DNA of 64,000 nt from positions 369,535-433,534 of the forward strand of contig NMRA01000234.1 in the NCBI GenBank assembly GCA_002633005.1, given 5' to 3'. Below the pieces are notes generated by a model, which saw nothing but the letters and a program-made list of their open reading frames with translations, was not told the DNA's origin and ran no database searches. Below are positions 1-13,974 of this stretch, piece by piece. Made by a program: the position numbers and the translations under genes. Source of the stretch: Phoronis australis (Eukaryota; Animalia; Phoronida). Each line of letters starts with the position of its first letter. Within the stretch, counting starts at the first letter, position 1.

Positions 1-499
1 GTTGTTTTAGTTTCTTTACTAAGTCAAATTTTTCCTTTGATTCAAATCGAGAGTGAACTCTACGTCGGATGCCCAATGTCATTGGAAATAAATAGGGATC
101 TTTTCATGCTGCGCCCCCAATTAAGGACGAAGTCTCTATTTATTTTCATTGAACTAAAGGCTCAGATTTTAGTTACATTGTATTAGAAAATGTCATTAGC
201 CAAAGAGGAGTTCATAACGAAGATAAATGACAGATTAAAGATATGATTGAAGAACGAATTCGCGAAAGATTAGGGAACTTAGTTGAGTCCCTATTTGGGA
301 CTGTTTCATGCAACCGGACACAGAAAGCTCAGAAAGAAGACATCTGGGTGGTCAATCCAAGTTAATAAAAATTTAAAGACATTTTGTAAATACAGTAAAC
401 ATGAGCCACGGGCTCGACTATAAAATAACAATAGATTCGCTAAATAAATAAAATAAATAAACAAAACAGATAAATAAATGAAAACAAGTACGCTATACA

Positions 500-660
500 G
501 AATTAAGAAGTAATGGAGATAGGGGTCCAGTACATGAGAAGCGATTTAAAACGTTTGGGCTGGCATTCTGTCATAAGTCAGGGAGAGAGTTCCATGTGGC
601 AGGACCCTGTAACTGAAAGGATTTCAGAGGAATAGAGTTTTCTTGACCTTTACCACTAAG
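500..660 (-). mobile_element. Degenerate LINE (L2/CR1-group) ORF2 C-terminal fragment
   Basis: Minus strand reads ...KSFQLQGPATWNSLPDL..., resembling the SF..GP..WNSLP end of L2/CR1-group ORF2. Stops and frameshifts follow. Confidence 0.45.
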
Positions 661-2142
661 TTATACACCGTCTTTGAAGGGGAGGTAGAAAAAGTAAAAA
701 AATAGAAATGAAGAAGAAGAAATGCGTAGTGCGATATTCATTCAAGATTTCGCGAATCCATTTCGATTACTTCTTTGAGTTTTTCTGATCACCAATTTTA
801 GTTCGCTGTTGTCCTATTTATTGAATGACATCAAAACGTACCTAGCAACAAGTCACAGTCGATACCTAGCGAGTGCCGTCACAGTCGATAAATTTAGTGA
901 CGTCAGACCCGGATGAACACTACGTGCAAGCTCTCAGAACAGTTTGCGGACCACTTGCTTTGCTCTACACCCCAGGCCACTCCGCAGGTCGCTAGCTGCC
1001 CATGTCTCTGATTCCCCAGACTCACGCTTGTAGGCGGTTCCTTAAGCGGAGTGCCGGAGGGGAGGGAGCGGGCTGTTTTCGCATCCGTCGTACTCTCCGG
1101 ACCATAGGTATACACACGGAGTGTTGTCGAGTGAAAGCCGCAAAACGCCTCCAAGTGCTAGTTCAGCTCAACACCAAATAACGGAAATGTCAGTTAACTC
1201 ACTACAGGTTTAAAAACATTAAAAAACGAACTCCAAGTCTATCCAAGCGGGTTATTAGGCTTCCATGTACTTTAAAACACTGCAACTTTCAACAACGTTC
1301 GGAGTTTAAAATACTCGAACCACACGTAGGAAAACACTTAAGAAACTGGTAAGAAAGTATTGTCAAGAATATTTTGGCATCAGTTACGGGGACACGGGTT
1401 TCATTTAACGGCACTGTAATGAAACATTCGGTAATGTCGCCCGAGGGATCCAGTACGATACTGACAGAAGTCGACACGATGTATGTGAGAGGCAAACTAA
1501 TCAATCTGAATTTGATCGGTGCTGTCGAAACAATTTAGCGACACCCGTACACACATGACTGCACAACAAAAGACTGTCGACAGAAGCCCAACTGCAAGCG
1601 AGGTTTACAAGCGTACGTCTAAACAATTTTGTATTTTCAAGAATGGGGCGCGTTTCAATAAAATCAAATATGAAACGCACGTGTTTCAATGTTTGATAGG
1701 TAACGGAGAAAGTAGAAACTACTTTGGTCCAATCTCAAACGAAATATGAACAAGAGTAGCGTGCTCTCATTCTAACGTTTTTCTACGGTGACATACTCAA
1801 AGGACAACTACTTTGAACTTAACATGAATACCTGTGAAGTAATCTACCAAATCAAACAAACTGTTATCTCCAAATTGACATTAGCATGATTACACTTGGT
1901 GTCTCCCATCAAAAAGGGTTGATAATTTGCGAATTATAAGAGCCACCCAGTTTTGAATGGGTTGACCAACTCCGTCGGTATTTTTACACTCAAAGCTCTG
2001 AATGACTTGCTTGGGGAAGCGGATGAAATCCATTCTCTGTAATCGTTTGAAAACGCATTGCGATTGAGTGGCCTTCCACTTCCATTTTAGTTAGTAAAGA
2101 AAAAAGAGCACGTTGTAATCATTCATTATGCTTTCTTTGCAG

Positions 2143-4163
2143 GCGTGGTCTTGACTGATGGAGGAAAGTTGGCCATGAAGAAGTTGGATGAAAAGATTAA
2201 TTCTTTCATTGAGAAGAACAGGTATCCCGGCGTAGTAGTGGGAGTCAAAATTGGAAACAAACTCTCCTTTCTGAGAAGTTACGGAAATAACAGCGACGGT
2301 CGCCCCCTGTCGTCGAAGGATTTGCTGCCCGTTTCCAGTTTGTCTAAAACTCTGACCGCGGTAGCGATCATGAAACTGGTTGAACAAAAAAAGCTGAACA
2401 TGACATCCCAGGTATTTGGCCACGGCGGAGTGCTGTGGATGATAAAACCAATGAAGAAAGCGAAGGTGGACCACAGATTGGAGATGATCACAATAGAGCA
2501 CCTGCTGCGACACACTGCTGGGTGGAAGCAGAACAAGGGTCCCCTTTATGACCCCATTCTCAACCGATTCTACATATTACGGGGATACCACGTGCCCAAT
2601 CTCGCTAGGGAAATGAACGTGAAAGGAAACTTATTGCCTCATCACATGATCCGTTACGTGATGAGTCAAACGTTGGAGTGTACTCCAGGGACGGAATATC
2701 ATTACTACAACCTCGGTTACAGTATTCTGGGTCGCGTTATTGAGGAAGTGACGGGAATGGGCTATGAAGAATACGTAAAGCAAACCATTCTCATTCCTGC
2801 CGGTATGTGGCAAACGAGGATCGGTCCGCAGAAAGCGCGGGACTTCAATCATAAAACTCCAGATCAGTACAGCATAGAAGACATCGTGCATCCGGAAGTA
2901 TTAGACTCCACTCTTGGCTGGCATGCAACCGTGGCTGATATGATGCGCTTGATGTCGTGCCTCGATGGTACAGGGACGGTGCAGCTGCTCCAGCCCGAAT
3001 CTGTCCTCTTGATGCTCGCCATGCCGCCTTTACCTCACGCGCAGCACGTAGAGAAGTGGGTGGCTGCTGGGTTCATTGCGAAGAACGACGGATCATTCTG
3101 GCAGATAGCTGACGAACATTTCAATGATATGGTATTCTACAATGGCGCCACCAATCGTCCTGTGTCCAATCGCGTCGAAAAGGAGTTTGCAAGAGGTCCC
3201 CGAGACCTGTCGTTTGCGTTTGTGTTCACGAGCAATCGCTACAAACCACTGAAACACGTTGTTAAGCGCATAATCAAGGAGGTCACAACTTGGCCTTTGT
3301 CCAACAATCACTTTACGGATGACTTGGCTGACACGACTTCGACGGTGAAGGGAATCCAGACAGTGTCTTACTTCCGCCTTCCTGAGCCTCATTTGTCTGC
3401 TTATAGCAATGCTCTGATGAATCAAGGGTATGTTCCGAAGTGGATAAGTGCGTTTCAGTTCGAAAAGAAGACGTTCTTTTCGACAATTTTCACCAAAGGA
3501 CTGGGCGAGAAACATGTCGAAAAACGAAAGATGAACTTCGCCAAGGAAGCTCCTCATGAATTTATGGTCCGTCATGGACTAACCAATCGTAAGCTTCGCA
3601 AACTGTTGCATCGACGGTACGACTACCACTTGTCTTTCGTACAGAGTTATGTCAGCAGTTCTCATGATCAGACACTACGCAACGTGGCAATTCTGACTAA
3701 AGGTAAAAAACGTGTGAAACAGGGGTTGACGAGGAAGATGAATCTGTACAAAGAACTGACGAAGAGGTTGTACAAGAAAAAATATATGCCGGTTGTGCAG
3801 AGCATAGAAACACGAGGCGAGAAACCTGTGGTCACCTACATTCTCCAAAAAGTCAAACAAACCAAATACAAAGCAATGACAGACTTGTCAGTGGAAGAGC
3901 TTGAACAGAACATTAAAATCAACGGCGTGAACAACAGAAATCTGATTTATCTGGACACATATGTCGTACACGGGAAAACAAAATTTTCCGCCATTTTCAG
4001 TCACGAGAAGACGAATGGGTGGTTACTTGAAAACAGGGTGACGCAAGAGGAAATCCAATCAAAGACTGCTAAAATGGAGACAAGGGGATACACACCGCAG
4101 TTAAGTGTTGGTTATGAGATAGACGGACAGTTGTTGTATTCGTTCGCATGGAAACGTTACTAA
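2143..4163 (+). CDS. Terminal exon of a serine beta-lactamase/PBP-fold hydrolase with five C-terminal polyglycine-hydrolase-like (BTRD1) repeats; 5' exon(s) not identified
   Basis: 672-codon open frame preceded by acceptor ttctttgcag| (exon starts 2143, phase 1). Motifs: SxxK (SLSK), LLRHTAG, YxN (YYNLGYSILGRVIE). Five ~50-aa repeats from ~3363, the last ending GYTPQLSVGYEIDGQLLYSFAWKR. Stop TAA at 4161-4163. Confidence 0.85.
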
Positions 4164-5040
4164 GAAACTGACTATGCCGTGAATTAGTCGAACCCAGGAA
4201 TGACTGTGAGGTAGACGGTGCTGGTGCATGGACACACGGATGTAACGGATTTAAACAAGTTCTTCGAAATGTATTTTTTATTGTTTAAAGTTGCACTTTG
4301 CCCTTTTAACTACCAACAACAAATCATTAACCGAAGCGCGTTGGGGGTTTAAAAATATCACCACGCTCATTCGATCTTGAATTAGTGGAATGAGCCCACA
4401 ACTCAAATCACAGGCAATGCCTACATGCGCCATTTTTGAATCCGCAAGTCTAGGGGTGGCCAACTCCAGTAAACTCTGCAGAAATATTTACTTGAGTCGC
4501 TGACATTTCCGGTGTTCTCATTGGTAATGGAAACAGAGCCCATTGTGGTAAGGAGTATGGAAAGTCTTATTTTATGAGAGCAAAAGGCCTGATTCGATTT
4601 TCGTTTTTTAACCAGCCAAAACATGGCAAAAAGCAACTTTAAATTATCATTATTCGACGTCACTTACAAGCCGTTCATAGGTTTTGACACAAAACGTTAT
4701 TTCCAGTTATTGATGGGGGTCTTTAATGACTTGCTGTTTTTTAAACAGGTCGTGGAATTTGATCGGCTCTCAACGGGATCCGGTGTTTTAATATCGCAAA
4801 GCATTGGGCTAGTGACTGAATTTATAATGAGAAAACCACACCGTCATTTAGTGCAGTGAAATCACGATCTAGCTCGGCAAATTTTACTACAAACAAATCT
4901 ACTACAAAGAGTGTGTTGTGGCATACATACTAGAGTTATTCAAATCAAAAATGTAATTACTAATCTGGGAATCAGTGTTGATGTTGCTGTATTGTACGCC
5001 CTACTTCTGTTGTGTAAATAGTTTTTCTTATTTCATTGTA

Positions 5041-5046
5041 AATAAA
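5041..5046 (+). terminator. Candidate polyadenylation signal of the beta-lactamase-like gene
   Basis: AATAAA about 880 nt after the stop, in AT-rich UTR-like sequence followed by a T-rich tract. Confidence 0.4.
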
Positions 5047-5840
5047 ACTTGAAAACGTTTTGTCAAAGATTTGTAATTAGCGATTACATCGGCTGCACTA
5101 ACACGTTAGGCTTGAAACTTATTTTCTTTTTCTTAATATATATTTCCTTATCGCACAGCTGCATACATACAATTAACTAGGCGAGGACGCACAACCACAC
5201 ACACAAGGACACACGTGCAGGTATACGTGAGCTTTTTCATTACTATTATCATTAAGCTGTATCAACACAACAGTCCATTAGCCAAAAATGATCAGCCAAG
5301 GTTTCCGTAGTTCAGTGTATTCCACAAACTTACTATTTTTCAGAGGGATGAATACTCAGTTTGTGTTCAATATGATTGCAAAAAGTGTTTGTATTTAAAG
5401 AACACTCTGATTCTACAACTGTGAATAATTTTTTGCACTGCAACAACACTTTATTTAAGACTTTGTCGTCTCTTTTAAATATTTTTCCCCGAAAATCACC
5501 AATTTTCCATTCATAGTTAAATGTAAACCCCTTTAAGGCCCTTTCATATTAACTCCGGTCTGAGCGTAGCGTCGACGTAAACAGCGCAGTTATTAGACCG
5601 TTCATACTGTCTTCGGTAGTTAATGAACACCATGCATTAACATCTGACACCCAATCACATTCCATTAAGAATATACATGTTCTAGAGTTCTCTTTCTACA
5701 TTACATAAGGTACAATTTTCGCAGTCATTAAAGCTTATTTTAAACAAAAACGATTTGGTGGCCAAAGTCCTGTGTAATCTTCTGCATTGCAACCATCGTA
5801 ATGAAGAGTATAGTGTACACTAAAGGCCCGAATTAAATAG

Positions 5841-8480
5841 TATATATATATTTATTCAATAACTAGGCCTCCGGCCCTTATCACAATCAAATCATCAAAT
5901 ACAATAAAGGTAAGTGTCAAGTAAACCGAATTCTTCTTCGCTTGAATGCGAAATGAACATATTTACACGTTGACCATATAAGATCTTTTTCCTCCATAGT
6001 CACGAGTCTGTTGAATTTTGTAACATTGGGGTTGTTGTAGCTCCATGCAGGCAAATATCGTTTCCTTAGGTCATCGTAGAATGGGCATTCGATAACAAAA
6101 TGATATTCTGACTCTACATATGTCCTAACACAGAGAGGGCATAACCTTTCTGTTCTGCTAAGTTTCAAGTGTCTACCCTTTTCAATCATTAGTGCATGCG
6201 CTGAACATCTCAATCTTACCATATCAGATCTAACATTTACATTGTCAATTACATCTAAATAGTTTTCAAAACATGTATTTAACTTAAAAGTTCTGTAAAT
6301 TTGAAGCTTAATCGAATACTTCAAAATTTCTTGCCATTTTTGCTGATCAATATCTTTGCATCTTTGTTTAAAAAGTGATATGAAGCTTGTCTCGGAACCT
6401 ACACCTTAATTATACCATGCTTCTCCAAAATCAAACTGAAATAGCAATTTCTTAACATCATTAACCCAGCACGGTTTAGTAACATTTTCCGTCATATTGT
6501 ACTGCCATTCATAGCAATGATATGTAATTTTTGAATCATCGGTTCTTAATAGTTTTAACCAATATTTCATAATTCTAGGAAGTCGGTAAGCAATCAAGGA
6601 GTAACGACTCATCTCACCTCTAGCAGTCGATGAAATTGCCGTGCTAGGCAAATTTAAAATTTCTTTACAAAATTTTGTGTGGACTATTTCAATCCATTCG
6701 TAATCACTAAAACCCCAGATCTCACAACCATAATGAAGTATCGGCAATATTTTACAATCGAATAATTTTAAACTAACTTTAACAGGGAGTGCATTAAAAC
6801 CATTGACATTTTTTCTCATTAAATTCACTGCCTTAGTAGCCTGTAATGATAGAGTTTTCTGTGCGCAAGACCACGAACCTTTCGTAGTAAACATTAATCC
6901 TAGATATTTGTATGCATTTACAATATTAACAGTATTCTCATCATACGTCCATTTTTCATACGATCGTAACATTCCACCTTTTCTGAAAACAATTATCTTA
7001 GTGTTCGACATGTTCACAATCAATTTCCATTTCTGACTATACTCATATAAAATGTTCAATTTTTTCTGCAGTCCTTTCACACTATACGAAAATAAAACCA
7101 AAACATCAGCAAACAGCAGATGCAATAATTCAGCTGATCCCATGGAAATTTTTTCACCGCCACCGGATTCTAATTCTTTTTCGAGATCGTTTATAAATAA
7201 AATAAACAAAAACGGTGACAGCTGAGAGCCTTGTTTTAGACCATTATGACAATCAAAGAACTCCGTGTAGCTTCCGTTACTCAGTCTCACGCACGCTTTT
7301 ACTTCAGCGTACATTGCTTTGATTATCTTATACATCTTACCTTCTATGTGATTGTTCTTTAATTTAAAATACAATGCGCTTCTATGTATACTGTCATAGG
7401 CTGCCTTAAAATCCACGAAAGCACAATAAAATCTACCTTTCTCTCGTGTCAAATATTTAATTATTAACGTATATAAAGCAAACGTGTGATCCACCGTACT
7501 GTGCCCTTTCCTAAACGCAGCTTGAGACATACTAATTACGTTTCTCTTTCCGACCATTTTTGAAGTCGCTGGCACAATATTTTTTCGAATATTTTGGCTG
7601 TAACTTGCATGAGGGATATTCCCCTGAAATTTTCAGGAATTTTGGTACCGCCCTTAAATATCGGTACTATAATGGAATTTGTCCATTCTTTTGGAAACGC
7701 ACCATTTTAAAAAAAAGTAGTTGTATAGCTGGAACAGCGAATCTACCAACTTTTTATCAGCATACTTGTAGAACTCAATACTAATTTTATCACATCCTGG
7801 CGAAGTTCCGTCTTTCATACTACCGATGGTTTGTATAATTTCGTCTTTTGTGATTTCAGCGTCCAACTCCATATCAACAATTGCATTACTTGAATTGATT
7901 TCATTTTTTACTGAGTTCTCAATAAAAGCATGAAACTCAGCGAACTCTGGATTAGTAACAAAATAGTGGCCTTCGAACAGAGCGCTGAAATAATTTATCC
8001 ATTCCTCCGGTTTAATATTCGTCGATACACCTTTCTTCTTAATATTAAATGCACGCCAGAATTTTTTACTGTCTTTACTCTCCACAGCTGATTTCAAAGT
8101 TTTGTAATGTTTTCTGTTACACTCTATCTTTTTCACTTTTTTTAAGTTTCCATAATCCTTTCTAGCTTGTACATATAGAGTTCGGCAAATGTTTTCTCTC
8201 AGTGTTCCAATACTGAATCTAAAATTACTTAATTTTTGCCTAACGACAGCTCTCATTTCCCTACACTCAGTGTCAAACCATTTGGGAAAACTAACTGGGT
8301 TATAAGATATGTTCACTTTTGGTTTTAACATGTCTGCAGCACATAATTTAATGGCTTCCATTAAACTTTCTACACTTGAATCTATGGTCGAGGGTAAATG
8401 ACTCTGTACGTCAGCGAGCAACTGATCAACCTCCGGGTATTTTTCCATGTGTTATCATCTATATCGAAACCCTTCGTCGA
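5841..8480 (-). mobile_element. 5'-truncated, inactivated non-LTR retrotransposon (RTEX-like) ORF2: RT domain plus C-terminal CCHC finger
   Basis: ORFs 8448-7654, 7575-6406 and 6324-5917 are pieces of one ORF2: SPGCDKIS, QAAFRKGHSTVDH, AFVDFKAAYDSI, GLKQGSQLSPFLF, FADV (for F/YADD), YKYLG, CPLC..ESEYHFVIEC. Two frameshifts lie near 7575 and 7710, and a nonsense codon at 6406-6408. The 3' end has a gggccggaggcc stem, AATAAA and (TA)n at ~5841-5880. The 5' boundary is approximate. Confidence 0.9.
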
Positions 8481-11279
8481 AAAAGTTCTTCTGTGAGATT
8501 GGTATTAAGCCAATACAAATTTTTATGCAAGGGATCATTTGTCATTTTACACGTTGAGCTATTATTCAATAGCATACGTACACTTCGAGGATTAATCAGC
8601 ACCATACATTCTTTAAGACTTTCAATGCATATGAGGTTCTAAGACATGTTTTAACTAAATATTCTCGAATACTTGTACATGACTATAAGTTACAGATGTC
8701 AAAGACTGAGTAGGTGAGGGGTGCACGACCAAAAATCGCAGCCGGCATTTAGTGTCTTGAGGTAAATGTTTCAAGGTGTTTATTTACACAAACTTATACA
8801 AAGAAAGGCTATATCACTTTACTAATTAGTTCCAAGCACGTGACTGGAAAAGTCATAGCTAAACTTACGGTTTGCAAACTTGCCTGTAGTTTTCAGGTGT
8901 TTCATGCAAGCTTATTCATTTTTAAAACGTACGTAAAACTGTAAAAAGTGCGGTCCCTGAGACCTTCGAGTAAGCTAAGTATTATATATACACATTTTTA
9001 AAATTATATTTCGCGCTGTTTAGCTGACTATCAAGCCTTTTACTCTCATAAAATCGCTCCCATATTCCTTACAGTGATAGGATTCCATTTCAGATACCAA
9101 ACAAATACGTCAAAAGCAATGCGCACACGTTTGCCGTAGTTTTACGGTTGGACGCCCCCAATGAACTCTGAAACGTTTTCTCGAGTCGTTGATGGTTTCG
9201 ATGTTCGTCACGTTAGGAATATTATGACACTGAGTTTATGAGAGTAAAAGGTGTAATTCCAGCTAAACGGCGCGAATGCTCCTTTAACTTAGAGATATTG
9301 CGTTCAGAAAGGGTGTCCACCTCATCACACGAAAACTCCCAAGGACCATATATTCTTCCAACAGATTGAAAACTAGGACCAATATCAACGATATTACTCC
9401 TAAGAGACAGGAGAGAAGCAGGCTACATTTCAGGTGATCAGCAGTTAGTGTCCATGACGTGGTGCCATCCAAACGGAATTGCATGTTTTATTAATATTTT
9501 GTCAACTAGCGACTGATCTTCAAAAGCGGTCGCGGAGAACACTGGAAGTTGATACTACGTAGGCGCTTGAGGGATTCGCATGTGGAAGGCTTCAATGATA
9601 TCTCGAAATGCGATGTATTAGTACCATTTTCAGCAAGCTGTCTTGGATTCGATTAAATTTTGTTCCCTTCTACCGCTACGCAGCTACCCAGTTTAAACCT
9701 GCTCTATTTGTGGAATTTGATTGGTCTGTTAGTGTTATAGTGTACATGTTTACTTTTCTGCATACATTGGCTAAAAGCGATTCGTCACACAACACTCAAG
9801 GATCGGGGGAAAAGAGTACCCACCTTTCAGTTTCAGTGCAATTTCTACAAACCTACGAAAATATTGACAATAACCCATACACTGATTATACGCCGAGAAA
9901 ACTTTTAGCGCAGAAAACGTTTGCGCCTGTAAAACATAAGTGAACTCGGTCACGAGGATTGAAAAACACCTCGCACGACTTAACCCGTTAATGTTTGCAT
10001 GCCCGGAGCATTTTATGGTTGTATAAAAACACACACAATGGTTTACCTGAGCTCCGGAAAATGCAAGCACTGAAATTAATGATTGACTCAACGAGTTCAC
10101 TTGAGTGATAAGATGTTGTAAGGACTTGATACTAGGCCAAGGTAAACAGAGCGAATGTCGAAAAAGCAAAAAAACAACAACAAAAAAATCCCAAAAAAAA
10201 ACAAAAACCAAAAGCAAACGATAGTCACAACCAAAAGACTCAGCATTCCCGCTTAGAATAAACATCACAACATGTTTTGCACAATGTATGATATTTCCAA
10301 CATGCAGTTTATCAAACTGAAATTAGGTAGGCCTATTGAATACAACATAACAAAGTAGGTGCCACAAGGTTTTGTGTTTTGGTAAAACCAGATCTGAAAT
10401 ATAAGCCAGTACGCCTACTGCCGTCTTAACTGGGCCAGTGAACCTGGAAGTTGCAATACACTAGCAATGAAAATCAAATCATGAGCATTACATGACTAAC
10501 AGCCTTTTGAAAGGATTTTTCCAGGTGCATGGTTGTTATTTTAACATTATTTTTCATTTATGAACACATTTGTTGGAGCACGTGAAGCTGCAAAGTTGAC
10601 AACGAAATAGAGAAGGAACTCATTGCACTGTTCAAGTGCTGCGCATACTGGGTTCTTGGGCTGTTAGGGTGATGGGAAAATCTTTCCTCTCCTTAGCTTC
10701 CAAGCCAGTTTATTGCTTTATGCTCAGATCTTTATAGAAAAAAGTGGAGTTGCATTGACTTATTGACAGCATGTGACATCACATCTCCTGAAATTACTCA
10801 ACAAGAATCCTGTGCTTGTTGGCACACTTATGGAGGAGACAGGCATGGACTTCTATGTCAGCAAATGAACTTTTGACATCAGATGAACCCTCAGTGACAG
10901 CATTTAGATCAAGCATAAAAGAATGACAACACATTGGATGCACTGCCCAGAGTAAGTTACTGGGAAAGGAGCTCCTTGTCTCCAGCTGGTCATCCAAGGA
11001 ACACACAGATTAGTTGTAAAAACAGGTCAAGCCATAAATCATCCTACTCATTATTTTGATCATAAAACAAACTTGCGGCCCAGGAGTACATGGAATCAGG
11101 ATTCGCAAATATGCCTGAAGCACAATGTGAATTTGAGTGGATTGTCTCTATACCTAAAAAGGGACCACTTGAAAAGTAGGGGCGAGGCATGAACACAGAA
11201 GAGACAACTGTTGCGAATGAAGAGACAGCTGTTGCGAATGAAGAGACACAATAAGCGAATAAGCAGAGGCACAAAATAA

Positions 11280-11810
11280 CACTATTAATGATGACAATTA
11301 TGATGACAATATGAATCCATACATGTTAAGAATTATGATGACAATCAGAAACAAAATGACAATTATGGCAACAATACCTTACAAGATGACAGTTATGATA
11401 ACAACACAAAACAATATGATGATTACGATGACAATACCATAGAAGATGAGAGCTATGGTGACAACACAATGCAATACAAGGTGATGGTCTCATTATGTCC
11501 ACAAAATGATACAAGATGACAGTTATGATGACAATAAGGTACAAAGTTATGACAGTTGTGATGAGAATGGGATACAATGTGACATTAATTATAAATAGGA
11601 TACAAGATGGCACTTGACACAAAGGTACAATATAAGATAGCAGTTATGATAACAATACACAATGACACAATACAAGATGACAATTATGATGAGAATATAA
11701 TACAAGATGTGGTTATGATGACAATGGTTACTAATTGTACAACATACTAGTAACCAATAAGCTACAATGGTTACTAATTGTACAACATACTAGTAACCAA
11801 TAAACTACTT
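11280..11810. repeat. Degenerate low-complexity tandem repeat (acaagatgacagttatgat-like) followed by a near-exact ~43-bp tandem duplication
   Basis: Repeated atgac/acaagatgacagttatg words. acaatggttactaattgtacaacatactagtaaccaataa occurs twice (11721, 11764). Confidence 0.75.
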
Positions 11811-11999
11811 TTATGACATTTCTTGTACTACATTTATAAATTCAAGAGAAGCTTTGTCCCGCCAACTCATCTTCAAAAATATTTGAGTCTAACAAATGAT
11901 GTAAACACAAAAGCTAACTCCAGATTCCTGAAATAACTTTCAGCCAAAAAATGTGCACAGTAGATCTGGTAACAACCTAAATCTCGCAGAATGGGTGAT

Positions 12000-13970
12000 T
12001 TTAGCTAGCCATACAGCTGTATGATGTGTAATGTCAAAATACAGTTAGGAACTGCTGTGTGTTACCTTTACATAGGCCTCCGAATGTCACAGCGCCTGGG
12101 TAGTTCCGCTTGTCACCCTGTCATATAGAGCTAATGACTGGTGGGGGTGTATGCAAAATCTGGGAGTCAACGGTCACTTTCTTGCAATGCAGCATACCGT
12201 AATTCTCCGGCTTTTGTATCAAAGACTTGGAAAACAGTAGGCTCGTGATATGCACATGCGCCGTTTGCTAACTGTTTGAGATACCCTTCAGATGATAACA
12301 GCTTCAACAAAGCAAGATTTGCTAAGATATCCAGTTTGCAGATATTATACTAAAAATTTTATAATGAAGTGAAACCAATTCTGGCAATTTGTGTAGGCAG
12401 GTTTGTGGAAGAAGTTGACTGAAGAATCGGTGAAAAAAGAAATTGACCATTGTGCTGAAAGCCAACGAATAAGATCGCTCCACAACTTTAGCAGCAGAAT
12501 AATGGTAGAACGGCAATTTTTAAGAAATACACAGGCGTAGGCAACATGTAGCCCCTCGGCTGACTGTATAGGGGCTACAATACTCCCTACCACTTTCTAT
12601 ACTAATTTCATCCCGTGCATTTTAAACGGTCACCAAATAAGAGGTTTTCACCTCATCAAAAATGCGTACATTTAAAATTGTCACATAAAATGGTTTCTTT
12701 AACGATTCTTTTCAACTCTATCTTTGATGAAGCATGTCCAAGGGAATTGAGATGTCTTTGATGAAGAATTCCATCCCCACTTTTTGGTCTCCGTTAGCTT
12801 TTTTACTGTGCGCTATAACCATAGTATTTCAATTGACGTCACCCGAGTTAGGCAGAGGACAAACACAAGACTTAGCGAAAATCGCCTGACCTTAGACGTG
12901 GCACCAGCAAAATGTAGCATGGGAAGATATCTGGAGGAATTTGTAAAATTTGTGTCCTTTAGACTTTTTGATCGTCAACATGTTTGGCTTTTTGGCACCC
13001 TGCGGCATACATAGTGATGCAATTGCCTAACACAGGCAATAATACACAACTAAACCCCCACAAAAAAGTTACTCATCTCAAAATACCTTGAAAAACATCG
13101 AATGAAACATGAATTATTATTAACACATTCCATGACTCTGGAGACAATTTAGTGAACATAATTTGAAAATATCCATGAAAATGTGTGCGGTTCACTCGAG
13201 CTTCACTCAACGAGCACTATTTTGAGGAAGTTAGGCGAAATTATACCAGTTGATGAACAAAAGTAGAAGAGACACAAATATCACAAATTCTACCAAATAC
13301 CTTCCCAATCTACTTTTTGAAAGTGCCACGTGCCATGTCTAGCCAGCTAGCTAGCTGTATGAAGACTGTCATCAAAATACAGCTAAGTACCACTGTGTGT
13401 TAATCTTCCATACACCCCGAAATTGCCCACAGCCAGGGTAGTTCTGCTCGTCACCTCGCCATGAAAGATGAAACTTGTATCAACATGTAAGGCTAAAGAC
13501 GGGGTGCATGCAAAAACTGGGAATCAACCGATACTCACCTTCCTTCTTACAGCCGTTTAAGTGAAAAACAATCTAATAAACATCATTTTCTTGCGTAATC
13601 TTCTGCCTTTTCTAACAAAGAAAAGTTATGTTGTCGTTTCGAAAACAGTATGCTCATGACACGCACATGCGCCATTTCTTAAACTTTTGCGACATCTCTT
13701 GGGAGGTGATAGCTTGGCAGCGGCAAAATTTCTTCTGAAATTCGGTTTGCTGGTATCAAAATTCTAAAAACTTATAACAAAGTGAAACCAGTTCCGATAA
13801 CTTATGATGTGTACGCAACCTCATGAAAGAACAACAGTTGATTGAAGAATCAGCGAAAAAAGAAACTGGCCAATAGGTGACGCAATATATAGCGGACACA
13901 TAAAATCGCTCCATAACTTTAGCAGCAGAATAATGGTAGAACGCCAATTTTTCTAACACCAGTAAATAAT
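12000..13970 (+). repeat. Two diverged direct copies of an interspersed repeat (~12000-12525 and ~13340-13955)
   Basis: Shared collinear blocks, e.g. gcacatgcgcc, aagtgaaacca, gttga(c/t)tgaagaatc, aactttagcagcagaataatggtagaacg. Confidence 0.7.
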
Positions 13971-13974
13971 TTAA

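Noticed and set aside
2143-4163. Bacterial contamination or antibiotic-resistance gene
   Set aside because: It has a spliceosomal acceptor, no Shine-Dalgarno/operon context, and is contiguous with metazoan LINE and intron-rich genes. The fold alone does not imply beta-lactam hydrolysis.
10780-11180. Possible decayed coding fragment
   Set aside because: Multiple stops and no recognisable motif. Cannot be assigned without a search.
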